Shown piece after piece: positions 10,425 to 20,020 of a stretch of DNA of 64,000 nucleotides. The DNA lies in assembly GCA_965203905.1 (NCBI GenBank), contig CBDBDQ010000005.1, positions 1,024,001 to 1,088,000 on the forward strand, in the 5' to 3' direction. The notes under the pieces were generated by a model. It was not told the DNA's origin and searched no databases. It was given only the letters and a program-made list of their open reading frames with translations. The translations under genes and the position numbers were made by a program. Source of the stretch: Spirochaetia bacterium (GTDB lineage Bacteria; Spirochaetota; Spirochaetia; SZUA-6; Bin103). The stretch's first letter is position 1. The number at the start of each line of letters is the position of its first letter.

Positions 10425-11813
10425 ATGAAGTTTCGATTCAAGAACCTCGGTCCGATAAAGCAGGCAGATCTCGAACTCGGCGACCTCACCATAATCGCCG
10501 GCCGCAACAACACCGGCAAGACCTACCTCGCATACGCCCTGTACGGCTTCCTCAAACGATGGAATTGGTCGGCCGGTTCGGTTTATGTCCTGCGCAATGA
10601 GGGCATCCGTCGCGTTGCCCGCTCATTGGCATCCGCCGCTGCCGCCAAGGGCCATGCGCGGAGTGTGGTCGATCGCCACACGTTTGATCGGCAGCGATCG
10701 GCCCTCGCAGAAACCGTGACTCCTCCGCTTGCCGGGTCCGAGTTGGCCAGTGTATTTGGTTCCCGTCCCGATGATTTCGAAAATGCTGTGGTCGAACTGA
10801 TTTCAGCGCTCCCGACGGATTTGCCGCCTTTGGAGGCTCACTCTTGGTTCGGTCATCGCTATAGGGTTGAGTACGAAAAGGACAGAATCGTCATTTCGGT
10901 CGATCCTTCCGACCGACAACGTGTCGAGATCGACAAGCATATCTCTGTTATTGAGGACGTCTATTTCAGATCCTTGTTCCCAGAGTTTGCGACCGATCCG
11001 TTTGTGCTATCATCCGAGCGCATTGGTATTTCCCTCTTCTATCGAGAGCTTGATTTTACAAAAAACAAACTCGTTGATCTAATAAAAAGGATGAGCAACG
11101 AGAGCAACCGGCGCCAATACGATCCGTTTCTCCTGATAGATAGGACGACCAGCCGGTATGCGTTGCCAGTGCAAGACAACATCGACTTTACCCGAAGTAT
11201 TCCCGATCTACGAGGCCACAAAAGCGACCTTTCCGACCACAGGATGCCCACGGATCTGAGACGGCTGACGGGTGCATATTACAGGATTTCCGATGACAGC
11301 ATTGCCCTCACCTCGACCGCGCGCGGATCGCGACGTTTCAGCATCCCGCTTTACTTGGCGTCTTCCTCGGCGAGGGGGCTGTCGGATCTCTACTTCTTTC
11401 TGGAGCACGTTGCTAAGCCCAATCACCTCTTGATCATCGATGAGCCGGAGAGTCATCTCGATACGCACAACCAGATTCTGATGGCCCGGTTGTTGGTCCG
11501 GTGCGTGCACGCGGGTATGAAGGTCCTGATCACTACCCACAGTGACTATCTCGTGAAGGAACTCAACAATCTGATCATGCTAAGCCGTAACTTCGACGGG
11601 AAGGAGGCCTTGCTCAAGAAGCTCAAGTACAGTCCTGACGATGCTCTCGACCCGAGTCAGATTCGTGCCTATGTCGCTAATAACGGCACCTTGACTGCTT
11701 GCAGTGTAGATCACTTCGGCATGGAGATGCCGAACTTCGATCGCACCATAGACGATATCAACGATGTGGCCAATAGGATTTCATCGCGGATCTTCGAAAC
11801 CAAGGGAACGTGA
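10425..11813 (+). CDS. AAA_15/AAA_21-type ABC-class ATPase (defence-associated family)
   Basis: FKNLGPIK start, Walker A GRNNTGKT, signature-like ASSS, Walker B IIDEPESHL and H-loop ITTHSDY; visibly lower GC than its flanks. Confidence 0.88.
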   Translation: MKFRFKNLGPIKQADLELGDLTIIAGRNNTGKTYLAYALYGFLKRWNWSAGSVYVLRNEGIRRVARSLASAAAAKGHARSVVDRHTFDRQRSALAETVTPPLAGSELASVFGSRPDDFENAVVELISALPTDLPPLEAHSWFGHRYRVEYEKDRIVISVDPSDRQRVEIDKHISVIEDVYFRSLFPEFATDPFVLSSERIGISLFYRELDFTKNKLVDLIKRMSNESNRRQYDPFLLIDRTTSRYALPVQDNIDFTRSIPDLRGHKSDLSDHRMPTDLRRLTGAYYRISDDSIALTSTARGSRRFSIPLYLASSSARGLSDLYFFLEHVAKPNHLLIIDEPESHLDTHNQILMARLLVRCVHAGMKVLITTHSDYLVKELNNLIMLSRNFDGKEALLKKLKYSPDDALDPSQIRAYVANNGTLTACSVDHFGMEMPNFDRTIDDINDVANRISSRIFETKGT

Positions 11814-12358
11814 GCCTCAGTCTGAACGATCAGCTGGAGACGGTCGTCCGCGCCGATCGATTGAGACGTGTCGAATCGAACCGCGTAACTCTCCGCGAAC
11901 GTGAAGCGAACATGTCGATCCATGTAACGGGCGTAAGAGGGCGCGTCACGACGATCCATATCGACAGGCTCGGCGGCCTCTCTGGGCTAAATCAGGGTGA
12001 TTGGAACCAAAGATGTGACTACCTAATGGTCATCGACAAGGAAGACACCTACCACGCCGCATTCATCGAGTTGAAGAAGACCCTTGATGAGGACCACAAA
12101 CCGCGGGAGCAACTGCGTCGATCTCTACCATTCCTGGAGTACCTGCGCTCGCTGTGCTGTATCCATTGCAAGCAAGCCGCTCCGGCAGAAGTCGAGGTCC
12201 GCTACGCGGTGATCGGTGAAAGGGGGCAACAGCGATTCGATAAGCAGGCTGTGAAGGCGAGACCGGGACATCCCGTTTGGACGAAGCCTCACCGTGGGAT
12301 CACGGTCTCAGCTTTCCTGGGGCCGACTGTTCCGCTCGCGGCCCTCGTCGGCACCTAA
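11810..12358 (+). CDS. hypothetical protein with a PD-(D/E)xK-like motif, coupled to the ATPase
   Basis: GTGA overlap with the ATPase stop; RCDYLMV...AAFIELKK...REQL pattern. Confidence 0.7.
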   Translation: MSLSLNDQLETVVRADRLRRVESNRVTLREREANMSIHVTGVRGRVTTIHIDRLGGLSGLNQGDWNQRCDYLMVIDKEDTYHAAFIELKKTLDEDHKPREQLRRSLPFLEYLRSLCCIHCKQAAPAEVEVRYAVIGERGQQRFDKQAVKARPGHPVWTKPHRGITVSAFLGPTVPLAALVGT

Positions 12359-12361
12359 TGG

Positions 12362-13225
12362 TTGGATCGCGAAGTGCGTGGGTTGCCGCCTGAGCGCGAC
12401 CTGTTCTCCTACTACGAGAGCTATGACGAAGAGGGCCGGCTCGCACGTGCTTCGGGGGCGCTGGAATTCGCGCGGGTGCAGGAACTGATCGGGCGCTTCC
12501 TGGCTCCGCCGCCGCAGGTGGTGCTGGATGTCGGCGGCGGTCCCGGCAGGTACGCGTGCTGGCTCGCCGCGAGCGGCTACGAGGTCCATCTCCTCGATCC
12601 GGTTCCGCGTCACGTGGAGCAGGGGCGCGCGGCGTCCGCGGCGCAGCCGGAACATCCGCTGGCCAGCGTCACCGAGGGTGACGCCCGCGCCCTGCCATAC
12701 GAAGCGGAGAGCGCCGATGCCGTACTCCTCATGGGACCGCTCTACCACCTCCCCGAGCGGGCGCAGCGGCTGGCGGCGCTGGGCGAGGCGCACCGGGTAC
12801 TCAAGCCTCGCGGCATTCTGGTCGCCCAGGCGATCAACCGATTCGCATCGCTCCTCGATGGGATCATGCGCGGTTTCATCGACGACCCGGACTTCGTACC
12901 GATCATGCGCCGCGACCTGGAAGCGGGCCGGCACCGCGGGCTACCCGGCACCACCAGGTACTTCACCACGGCGTACTTCCACCGCCCGGACGAACTCAGC
13001 GCCGAGATTCGCGAGTCCGGTTTCCGCGAGCACGGTCTCTATCCGGTGGAGGGCGTCGGCCTGCTGGCCCCGGACCTCGACACGCGCATGGCCGATCCTG
13101 CCAAACGCACACAACTCCTGGACCTGATCCGCTCGGTGGAACGGGAACCGACATTGCTCGGTACCGCCCCTCACTTCGCCGTCATCGCCGCAAAGCAACT
13201 CCGAGTGAGCCCACCGACTGCGTGA
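12362..13225 (+). CDS. class I SAM-dependent methyltransferase
   Basis: Motifs VLDVGGGPGRY, GDARAL, DAVLLMGPLYHL and RVLKPRG. Confidence 0.9.
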   Translation: MDREVRGLPPERDLFSYYESYDEEGRLARASGALEFARVQELIGRFLAPPPQVVLDVGGGPGRYACWLAASGYEVHLLDPVPRHVEQGRAASAAQPEHPLASVTEGDARALPYEAESADAVLLMGPLYHLPERAQRLAALGEAHRVLKPRGILVAQAINRFASLLDGIMRGFIDDPDFVPIMRRDLEAGRHRGLPGTTRYFTTAYFHRPDELSAEIRESGFREHGLYPVEGVGLLAPDLDTRMADPAKRTQLLDLIRSVEREPTLLGTAPHFAVIAAKQLRVSPPTA

Positions 13226-13266
13226 TATGATGACAGGCGGGCCACATAGCGCGACAATGGGCCGCC

Positions 13267-13626
13267 GTGCGCACGTTCAACACCGCCGGCCCGGTGCGGG
13301 CGCACCGGCACTACCAGATCGCGCCGCTGTCGCGGATCGAGCGCGAGTACGCGCTGGGGCGAGGCAGGACCGACCTGCTGATCGTGTGGCCGCAGGGCGG
13401 GCGCGAACGGCGCTACGTGGTGGAGTGCAAGGTGCGGTACGGGGACCTGGAGCGGACCATCGCGGAAGGGATGGCGCAGACGCGGGCCTACGTGGACCGG
13501 TGCGTTGCCGAGGCCGGCCACCTGATCGTGTTCGACCGCTCGCCTGGGCTGACCTGGGAGCAGAAGATCTTCCGCCGCGAGCCGGCGCCCGGCATGGATG
13601 CCCCGGTCACGGTGTGGGGCATGTAA
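13267..13626 (+). pseudogene. internally deleted ATP-binding protein (N-terminal FNTAGP peptide fused to a C-terminal nuclease-like domain)
   Basis: MRTFNTAGPV...HY.IAPLSR is joined directly to IEREYALGRGRTDLL...VVECK...HLIVFDR...VTVWGM. These are the two ends of a roughly 500-aa family I recall; the ATPase core is missing. Confidence 0.75.
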
Positions 13627-13695
13627 GCGTTGCCGATCCGAGGGTCGGGCAGTATGCTGGCGCGAGGAGGTGGGGCGAAACAGGCCACCTGGTTC

Positions 13696-14088
13696 ATGGG
13701 ACGCATCGTTACCTTGGTGATCGTGCAGAACGTGGCGGCAACGCGCACCGTCCGAATCGACGCGTTGGTCGATACGGGCGCCGGCTACCTCACCCTTCCG
13801 CTGGCTTGGAAGCAGCGGTTCGGTACATTTGCGCTGGAGGAAGAGGTTGCGCTGCAGACCGCAACGCAGCAGGTCGTAAGCGGCACCGTGTGCGGGCCGG
13901 CACTGATCCGTATCGAAGGGTTCAGGGCCATTCACGGCGAGGTTCTATTCGTCGAGATGGAGCCGGAAGAGGGCGAATACGAGCCATTGCTTGGGTACAT
14001 TTCCCTGGAGCAGTGCGGTGCGGCCGTTGACTTGGTGGGCCACCGCCTGCTGCCGGTACGGTACGTCGACGCCAAGGCAGCTCACTGA
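13696..14088 (+). CDS. clan AA (retropepsin-like) aspartic protease
   Basis: ALVDTGA catalytic motif and EPLLGYISLE motif. Confidence 0.85.
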   Translation: MGRIVTLVIVQNVAATRTVRIDALVDTGAGYLTLPLAWKQRFGTFALEEEVALQTATQQVVSGTVCGPALIRIEGFRAIHGEVLFVEMEPEEGEYEPLLGYISLEQCGAAVDLVGHRLLPVRYVDAKAAH

Positions 14089-14121
14089 ACGGACCGCGCC
14101 GGCCCCCGATGCTCCTGAGCG

Positions 14122-14967
14122 CTACGACGCTCCCTCGTTCGCCTCGAGCAGCCGCAGGCTCCGTTCCAGTGTCCGCTCCAGCTCGTCACGGCTGAGTGCG
14201 GCGAGATCCGGTGCGAACGGCTCCAAGGAGACCGGCCCGTCGTAACCGAGGCGCCGCAGCCGGGCAATCTGCTCGCGGTTGCCGATCGCGTCGTCGTGAT
14301 CGACCAGTCCCCGGTCTTCGTCCCTGAGGTCGGGCTTCAGCCGGTCGCGGCGCACCCCGGAGGTGTGCACCATACCCACCAGCGAGATGTCCAGGTTGCG
14401 CTCGATCGCGCGTGCGTCGTCCAGCCCCAGGTAGTGGTGGAAGGTGTCGTACACGAGCCTGAAGTTCGCGCCCGATTCGGCGATCGCGCGTTGCGCGGTG
14501 AGCAGCGAGTCGAGTGACGACTCGGGAAACCCCAGCGGCTCGACCAGGCCGGTGACACCGCCGGTTGCGAATATCGGGCCCAGCGCACGCAACGACTGCA
14601 CGGTGTCGGAATAAGCCTGGGAGGCGGTGCGGCCGTCGGCGGGGTCGTTGTTGGGACACAGGACCACGGCGTCGCAGCCGATCGCGCGCGCCAGCGCGAT
14701 GAGCCGGGAGCTCTCCGCCGCCGCAGACTCGCGGTGCGCCGGTGAGTTGAACTTCTGCACCGCGTTGATGGTGGCGACCCTCACCCCGAGGCGCTCGGTG
14801 AGAGACCGAAACTGCTCCGCACCGAACTGGTCGATCTCTCCGTACCCCGGAAGATCGTTGCGCAACTCCACCTGCTCCAGGCCGACGTCGGCGGCCAACT
14901 GCAGAAACTCCGCGACCTCCATCCGCGGGCAGAGCATGCGATTGATCGCGAACTGCTTGCGACGCAT
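14122..14967 (-). CDS. TIM-barrel sugar isomerase/epimerase (IolI/IolH-like)
   Basis: Motifs FAINRMLCP, VELRNDL, TINAVQKFN, LCPNND, GLVEPLGF, DTFHH, DEDR and SLEPFA. Confidence 0.85.
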   Translation of the reverse strand: MRRKQFAINRMLCPRMEVAEFLQLAADVGLEQVELRNDLPGYGEIDQFGAEQFRSLTERLGVRVATINAVQKFNSPAHRESAAAESSRLIALARAIGCDAVVLCPNNDPADGRTASQAYSDTVQSLRALGPIFATGGVTGLVEPLGFPESSLDSLLTAQRAIAESGANFRLVYDTFHHYLGLDDARAIERNLDISLVGMVHTSGVRRDRLKPDLRDEDRGLVDHDDAIGNREQIARLRRLGYDGPVSLEPFAPDLAALSRDELERTLERSLRLLEANEGAS

Positions 14968-15087
14968 TGTCGGCAAGGTAACCGCGGCATGCGCCCACAT
15001 CAATGGCCTCCCCACACGGCGGAGCGCACCGCAGTCCAGCGCTACGACGCTTTGCGACCCACCGCGTATTACGATTACCCTTGGCGT

Positions 15088-15360
15088 ATGACAATGTTGA
15101 GCTTTCGGGTGCAGGAAGCCGACGCACAAGCGGCCACCCGCTGGGCGGCCGCACTGGGCATCGACCGGTCGGACCTGTTGCGTGAGGCACTCCACCGCCA
15201 CCTGGTCAGCCTGGCAGCGTCGACCGAGGGAGACGCGTACGCCCGGTCGCCGCTCGATGCCGGCGAGCTTTCGCTGTCGGCAATCGCCGACTGGGGGCCG
15301 GCCGAGGAGTGGTCCGACTGGTCGGATGCCACGGACCACACAGAGCATGAGACGCGGTGA
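15088..15360 (+). CDS. mazE: RHH antitoxin, MazE2-like
   Basis: MLSFRV...RSDLLREALHRHL...ADWGPAEEWSDW; overlaps the downstream toxin. Confidence 0.85.
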   Translation: MTMLSFRVQEADAQAATRWAAALGIDRSDLLREALHRHLVSLAASTEGDAYARSPLDAGELSLSAIADWGPAEEWSDWSDATDHTEHETR

Positions 15361-15655
15361 AGTCTGGTTCGCGACCACGCCGGGCGGAGATCGGCCGGTG
15401 CTGGTGCTGACCCGCGACCCGGTCGCCACCCGGATCGGCGCCGTAGTGGTGGCCGCACTCACGCGCACCGAACGCGGACTGGTCTCCGAACTGAAGCTCT
15501 CGAATGCGCGGGACGGTGTGCCTACCGACTGCGTCGTGAGCTTCGACAACCTCCATACGGTTCCCCGCACGTCGCTTCGGCGCCGCATCACCCGGCTTGG
15601 CGCGCCGCGCATGGCGGAGGCATGCCGTACCCTCCGCGACGCTCTCGGCTGCTGA
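15347..15655 (+). CDS. mazF: PemK/MazF family endoribonuclease toxin
   Basis: MRRGEVWFATTPGGDRPVLVLTRD...VVVAALTRT...CVVSFDNLHTV. Confidence 0.92.
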   Translation: MRRGEVWFATTPGGDRPVLVLTRDPVATRIGAVVVAALTRTERGLVSELKLSNARDGVPTDCVVSFDNLHTVPRTSLRRRITRLGAPRMAEACRTLRDALGC

Positions 15656-15739
15656 ACAGGATGCCCCGCACGCGTGGACCTGAGCAGATCCAGGCGCGGT
15701 TGTCGCGCAAGCCGCGCCGCCAAGTTCCCAAGGTCCACG

Positions 15740-15903
15740 TGGTGATGACAGGCGCACCACATAGCGCGACAATGGCTCCCGTGCGCACGCTCAACACCGC
15801 CGGGCCGGTGCGCGCGGACCGGCCCTACCGGATCGTGCCATTCCCGGCGATGCGGCCGGCGCCGACCGGCACGGGCGCCCCGGTCACGGGGTGGGACAGG
15901 TAG
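15740..15903 (+). repeat. second, more deleted copy of the 13222-13626 upstream-sequence + ATP-binding-gene remnant
   Basis: tgatgacaggcg..ccacatagcgcgacaatgg...cgtgcgcacg.tcaacaccgccgg.ccggtgcg occurs at both about 13228 and about 15743. The 3' end gccccggtcacggggtgggacaggtag matches gccccggtcacggtgtggggcatgtaa. Confidence 0.85.
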
Positions 15904-18891
15904 ATGGCGCCCGTTCGTCATCCGATCCATCGGCGTCTCGAGGCCGAGGATCTCGTGCGACTGCGCCGGTCATCCGAGCGGCGGCGTTACGCGGCATCGC
16001 AGCGGCGGGGGCGCATCGATCCCAATCCGCACCAGATCGACGCGGTGATGTTCGCCCTGCGGCGGATACCCGAGGGTGGCTGCATCCTGGCCGACGAGGT
16101 GGGGCTGGGCAAGACGATCGAGGCCGGACTGGTGGTGGCCCAGGTCATGGCCGAAGGCGCCGAGCGGATCCTCATCGTCGTTCCCAAACCGCTCCTGGGA
16201 CAGTGGCAGGATGAGCTCTACACCCTGTTCGGCATCTCCGCCCGTGAGGCTGCCGACAGCGAAAGCGATGTCACGGCACCCGGCGTGTTCCTGGCCGGGC
16301 GCGAGTACGCGGGCAGCGCCACCGGTTCGGGACGCCTGGCGGCTGCGCCGCCGTTCGACCTGTGTGTCATCGACGAGGCACACGAGATGTTCGCCGGCAT
16401 CTACCAGCGCTTCGACCGCTACGGCACGTACGACGAAACCAGCGCCGCGGCGCAGACCGCGCACCGGGTGCGCAAGCTGATCGGCCCGGCGCCGGTCCTG
16501 CTCCTGACGGCCACGCCGATTCAGAATTCGCTCGCCGAGTTGTGGGGCTTGCTGCACTACGTCGAGCCGACCGGGACGCTGGTGGGCTCGCTGCCGATCT
16601 TCAAGGCGCTGTTCTGTGAGGGGCAGGATGGCCGGCGGCTGGTTCCCGCGCAGGCCCCCGAGTTGCGGCGCCGGCTCGGCGCAGTGGTGCAGCGGACGCT
16701 GCGCCGCCAGGCGCAGGAGTTCCTGGACAAGCCATTCGTGGGACGCCGCGCCCAACTCTACGAATACGCCATGAGCACCGAGGAGAAGCAGCTCTACGAC
16801 GACGTGACCAACTACCTCCTGTCCCCGAGCCTGAATGCGTTTCAGGGCCGTTCCCGACAACTGCTGCTCATCGGGTTCCACCGCCTCATGGCGTCCTCCA
16901 CGGCGGCGCTGGCGAACAGTCTGGAACGGGTCGCCGAGCGGCTGCGGAGGATGCGCCGCGGTGCGCCCGCAAGCGAGGATCCCCGGGACACCGAACCGCT
17001 CATCACCGATCTCGATGACGACGAGCTGCCGCCCGCCCTGCCGCACATCGAGGATGATCCGGCCGGCGCGCGAGTCGCGGCGGCGCCGGCGCTTGACGCC
17101 GAACTGGCGCAGGTCGAGGACTTCGTGCGCCGGGCCCGTTCCCTGCCGCACGACAGCAAGGCGCACAGCCTGGTCAAGGTGGTGCGCTCCATCGGCGACC
17201 GGTGCGACGGCAACGCCAAGCTGGTGGTGTTCACGGAATCGCTGACCACGCAGGGGTATCTGCGCGACCTGCTGACACGGCACGCGGGACTTCAGGAGGG
17301 CGAAATCACCCTGTTCCGGGGACAGAACGACTCGCCGCGCGCACGGCAGGCGCTGCGGCGCTGGCAGGAAGAGGTCGGCAGGCACCTCCCGGGGCCTCGT
17401 GCTCCGAGCCCGGAGGTCGCCGTGCGGCTGGCGCTGGTGCACGAGTTCAAGACCCGTGCGCGCGTGTTCATCGCCACCGAAGCGGGTGCCAAGGGGCTCA
17501 ACCTGCAGTTCTGCGACACCATCGTCAACTACGATCTGCCGTGGAACCCGCAGCGCATCGAGCAGCGGATCGGCCGTTGCCACCGCTACGGTCAGACGCG
17601 CGACGTGACGGTCGTCAATTTCCTGGCCAGGGACAACGAGACCCAGCGCTTGACGCTGGAGATACTGGCGCAGAAGCTGGACCTGTTCGGCGACGTGCTG
17701 GACATGTCCGATGCGGTGCTGCACCAGGCGCGTTCGCAACGTTCCGAGGAGCTGTCCACGGCCCTCGGCCCGGACTTCGAGCAGCAGCTCAACCGAATCT
17801 GGGAACGTGCCCGTTCGATCGACGAGGTGGAGGAGGAGCTGCGCCGCCTGCGCGAGACCATGGAGGAGCGGCGCCGGGAACTGGAGCGGATCCGGGAGCA
17901 CACGACCGGCCTCATCGAAGCTCGTTTCGACGACTCGGTGCAGCAGGTGTTCCGGCGCATCGCCGAGGAGTTGCCCGCCACGCTGGCCGACCTGGATGCG
18001 GACCTGGAGCGGGTCGTCATCGACTACCTGCGCGCCAACGGCGTAGACCACGCCAGCGAGGCTCAAAACGGCCGGCGGCTGATCCGGATTCCCCCTTCCG
18101 AGCGCCTACCCGGTACGCTGGCGGCGGGGCTCTCCGTCAGCGCGGGTCAGGCGCAGGCGCTGGCAGAGGTCGATGCCCTGCACGTCGCCCATCCGCTGGT
18201 GCGGGCGGCGATCGACGATGCTCGACGCAGGGGAGCGGGAACCTTCTCGGTGCGATTCCTGCTCACGACGCAGGCGCCGGACGAGCTGAAGCAACGTCGG
18301 GGGTCACGCGGACGCCTGGCGCTGAGCCGCATGTCCTATCGCGGGTTCGAGCGCGAGGATCGCCTGATAGCGACCGCCGTGTTCGAAGATTCCGCGGTCC
18401 TGCGGCCGGCCGAAGCGGCGCTGGAGCTGCTCGCCCTGCCGTGCCAGGATCTGCCGGCTCCGCTTGCCGACCTCTCCGTGACCGCCGCCGACCTGGACGA
18501 AGTGGTGGACGAAGCACTGTTCTTCGACCAGGCGCGGGCCGCCGACGCCGAAGCGGAGGCGTTCTCGCGGGCTCTGGACCAGCTCGACCAGTACGTCGAA
18601 GACCGCCTGCTGGTGCTGCGGCGCGGGCAGCGGGAAATCTCGGATCAGCTCAAGCAGGCCGAGGAACGGCGCGACGCGGCGCTGGGCGCCGATGCGCGCG
18701 GCCGCGCCGAAGAGCGCATTCGGCGCCTGGAACGTGAGCTGAGCGTCACCGAAGACCGGATCGAACGGCTGGCGGCCCGCGATGACGGCGACTACGAGCG
18801 TTGGCGGTCGCAGCTTCACCGCCGCCGCTACACGCCGCCGCAGGCTGCACGGCTGTTCGACCTGGAGTTCGTGATCGGCGAAACAGAGTGA
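15904..18891 (+). CDS. SNF2-family (RapA/DrmD-like) helicase with a C-terminal coiled coil
   Basis: Motifs PHQ, LADEVGLGKTIEAG, DEAH, TATP, TEAGAKGLNLQ and NYDLPWNPQRIEQRIGRCHRYGQ. Confidence 0.93.
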   Translation: MAPVRHPIHRRLEAEDLVRLRRSSERRRYAASQRRGRIDPNPHQIDAVMFALRRIPEGGCILADEVGLGKTIEAGLVVAQVMAEGAERILIVVPKPLLGQWQDELYTLFGISAREAADSESDVTAPGVFLAGREYAGSATGSGRLAAAPPFDLCVIDEAHEMFAGIYQRFDRYGTYDETSAAAQTAHRVRKLIGPAPVLLLTATPIQNSLAELWGLLHYVEPTGTLVGSLPIFKALFCEGQDGRRLVPAQAPELRRRLGAVVQRTLRRQAQEFLDKPFVGRRAQLYEYAMSTEEKQLYDDVTNYLLSPSLNAFQGRSRQLLLIGFHRLMASSTAALANSLERVAERLRRMRRGAPASEDPRDTEPLITDLDDDELPPALPHIEDDPAGARVAAAPALDAELAQVEDFVRRARSLPHDSKAHSLVKVVRSIGDRCDGNAKLVVFTESLTTQGYLRDLLTRHAGLQEGEITLFRGQNDSPRARQALRRWQEEVGRHLPGPRAPSPEVAVRLALVHEFKTRARVFIATEAGAKGLNLQFCDTIVNYDLPWNPQRIEQRIGRCHRYGQTRDVTVVNFLARDNETQRLTLEILAQKLDLFGDVLDMSDAVLHQARSQRSEELSTALGPDFEQQLNRIWERARSIDEVEEELRRLRETMEERRRELERIREHTTGLIEARFDDSVQQVFRRIAEELPATLADLDADLERVVIDYLRANGVDHASEAQNGRRLIRIPPSERLPGTLAAGLSVSAGQAQALAEVDALHVAHPLVRAAIDDARRRGAGTFSVRFLLTTQAPDELKQRRGSRGRLALSRMSYRGFEREDRLIATAVFEDSAVLRPAEAALELLALPCQDLPAPLADLSVTAADLDEVVDEALFFDQARAADAEAEAFSRALDQLDQYVEDRLLVLRRGQREISDQLKQAEERRDAALGADARGRAEERIRRLERELSVTEDRIERLAARDDGDYERWRSQLHRRRYTPPQAARLFDLEFVIGETE

Positions 18892-20018
18892 ACGTGGCAC
18901 TCAAGATATTGCACACCGCCGACTGGCACCTCGGCCTGCGGTTCCCCGCGCTGACGCCCGAGCAGGAGAGCCGCTTGACGCGGGCGCGCCTGGAAGTGGT
19001 GGGACGGATTCTCGACCTTGCCGAGAGCCGGCGCGTAGATGCGGTGCTCTGCGCCGGCGACCTGTTCGACGAGCCGCGGCCCGACGAGGAGTGGTGGCAG
19101 GGATTGCTGTCCGAGTTTCAGCGCCGGTCGTGGACGCGACCGGTCATCCTGCTGCCGGGCAACCACGACCCATTGACGCCGAATTCGATCTATGCGGCAG
19201 GCAATCGGTTCCGGCGCGGACTACCCGGTTACGTGCACGTGGTCGATTCCGATGAGTTCGAGTTGGCGCTCGGATCCGGCGCGGTGGTGTACGCGAGACC
19301 GTGCCGGTCGCGTGCCGGCCAGACCGGGCTGGCGGCCAGCCTCCCGGCGCGCGCGGCTGGCGATGAGCGGATTCGCATCGGGCTCATTCACGGCCAGACC
19401 TTCGATCTCCCGGATCATCAGACCACGTTCCCGATAGAACGAAATGCCGCGCTGGAGCGTGGACTGGACTACCTCGCGATCGGCGACACGCACGGATTCC
19501 GCGACGTGCAGCCGGATGCCAGGGTACCGACCATCTATCCGGGAGCACCCGAGGCCACGAAGTTCGGGGAGCACGGTTCCGGCCAGGTCGCCCTGGTCTT
19601 CTTCCCGCGCGACCGGGCGCGGCGGGCACTGGTCGAGGGCGAGGCGGTCGCGGCCTGGTCGTGGCGGGAGGAGACCTGCCGTTCTCTCGCGGAGCTGCAG
19701 CGGCTGCGGGACGAGCACCTGCGCAAGACCGTGCTGAGATTGACGCTGGACGCCCGACTGCCGCTCCACGAATACGACGAGGCGGCACGCATACTGACGG
19801 AACTGAAGGGGTCGCTGTCGTCCCACCCCAAGGTCGGGGTGCTGCTCGCCGATCGCAGTCGGCTGCGCCTCGACACCACCGATTCGTCGCGGTTCACCGA
19901 GGGCTGGCCGGAAGTGCTGCGCTCCGTCGTCCGGCGGCTGAAGGAGCACGAAGCGGACGACCCGGAGAAGGCGGAGCGCGCCCTCCATCACCTCTACGAG
20001 CTGGTCCGAGGGCAATAG
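18888..20018 (+). CDS. Mre11/SbcD-like metallophosphoesterase nuclease
   Basis: Motifs LHTADWHLG, AGDLFD, PGNHD, HG, DYLAIGDTH and YPGAPE; GTGA overlap with the SNF2 stop. Confidence 0.92.
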   Translation: MNVALKILHTADWHLGLRFPALTPEQESRLTRARLEVVGRILDLAESRRVDAVLCAGDLFDEPRPDEEWWQGLLSEFQRRSWTRPVILLPGNHDPLTPNSIYAAGNRFRRGLPGYVHVVDSDEFELALGSGAVVYARPCRSRAGQTGLAASLPARAAGDERIRIGLIHGQTFDLPDHQTTFPIERNAALERGLDYLAIGDTHGFRDVQPDARVPTIYPGAPEATKFGEHGSGQVALVFFPRDRARRALVEGEAVAAWSWREETCRSLAELQRLRDEHLRKTVLRLTLDARLPLHEYDEAARILTELKGSLSSHPKVGVLLADRSRLRLDTTDSSRFTEGWPEVLRSVVRRLKEHEADDPEKAERALHHLYELVRGQ

Positions 20019-20020
20019 CG

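Noticed and set aside
9549-15900. Integron-like cassette array
   Set aside because: No intI and no recurring attC-type GTTRRRY/RYYYAAC hairpins found between these genes.
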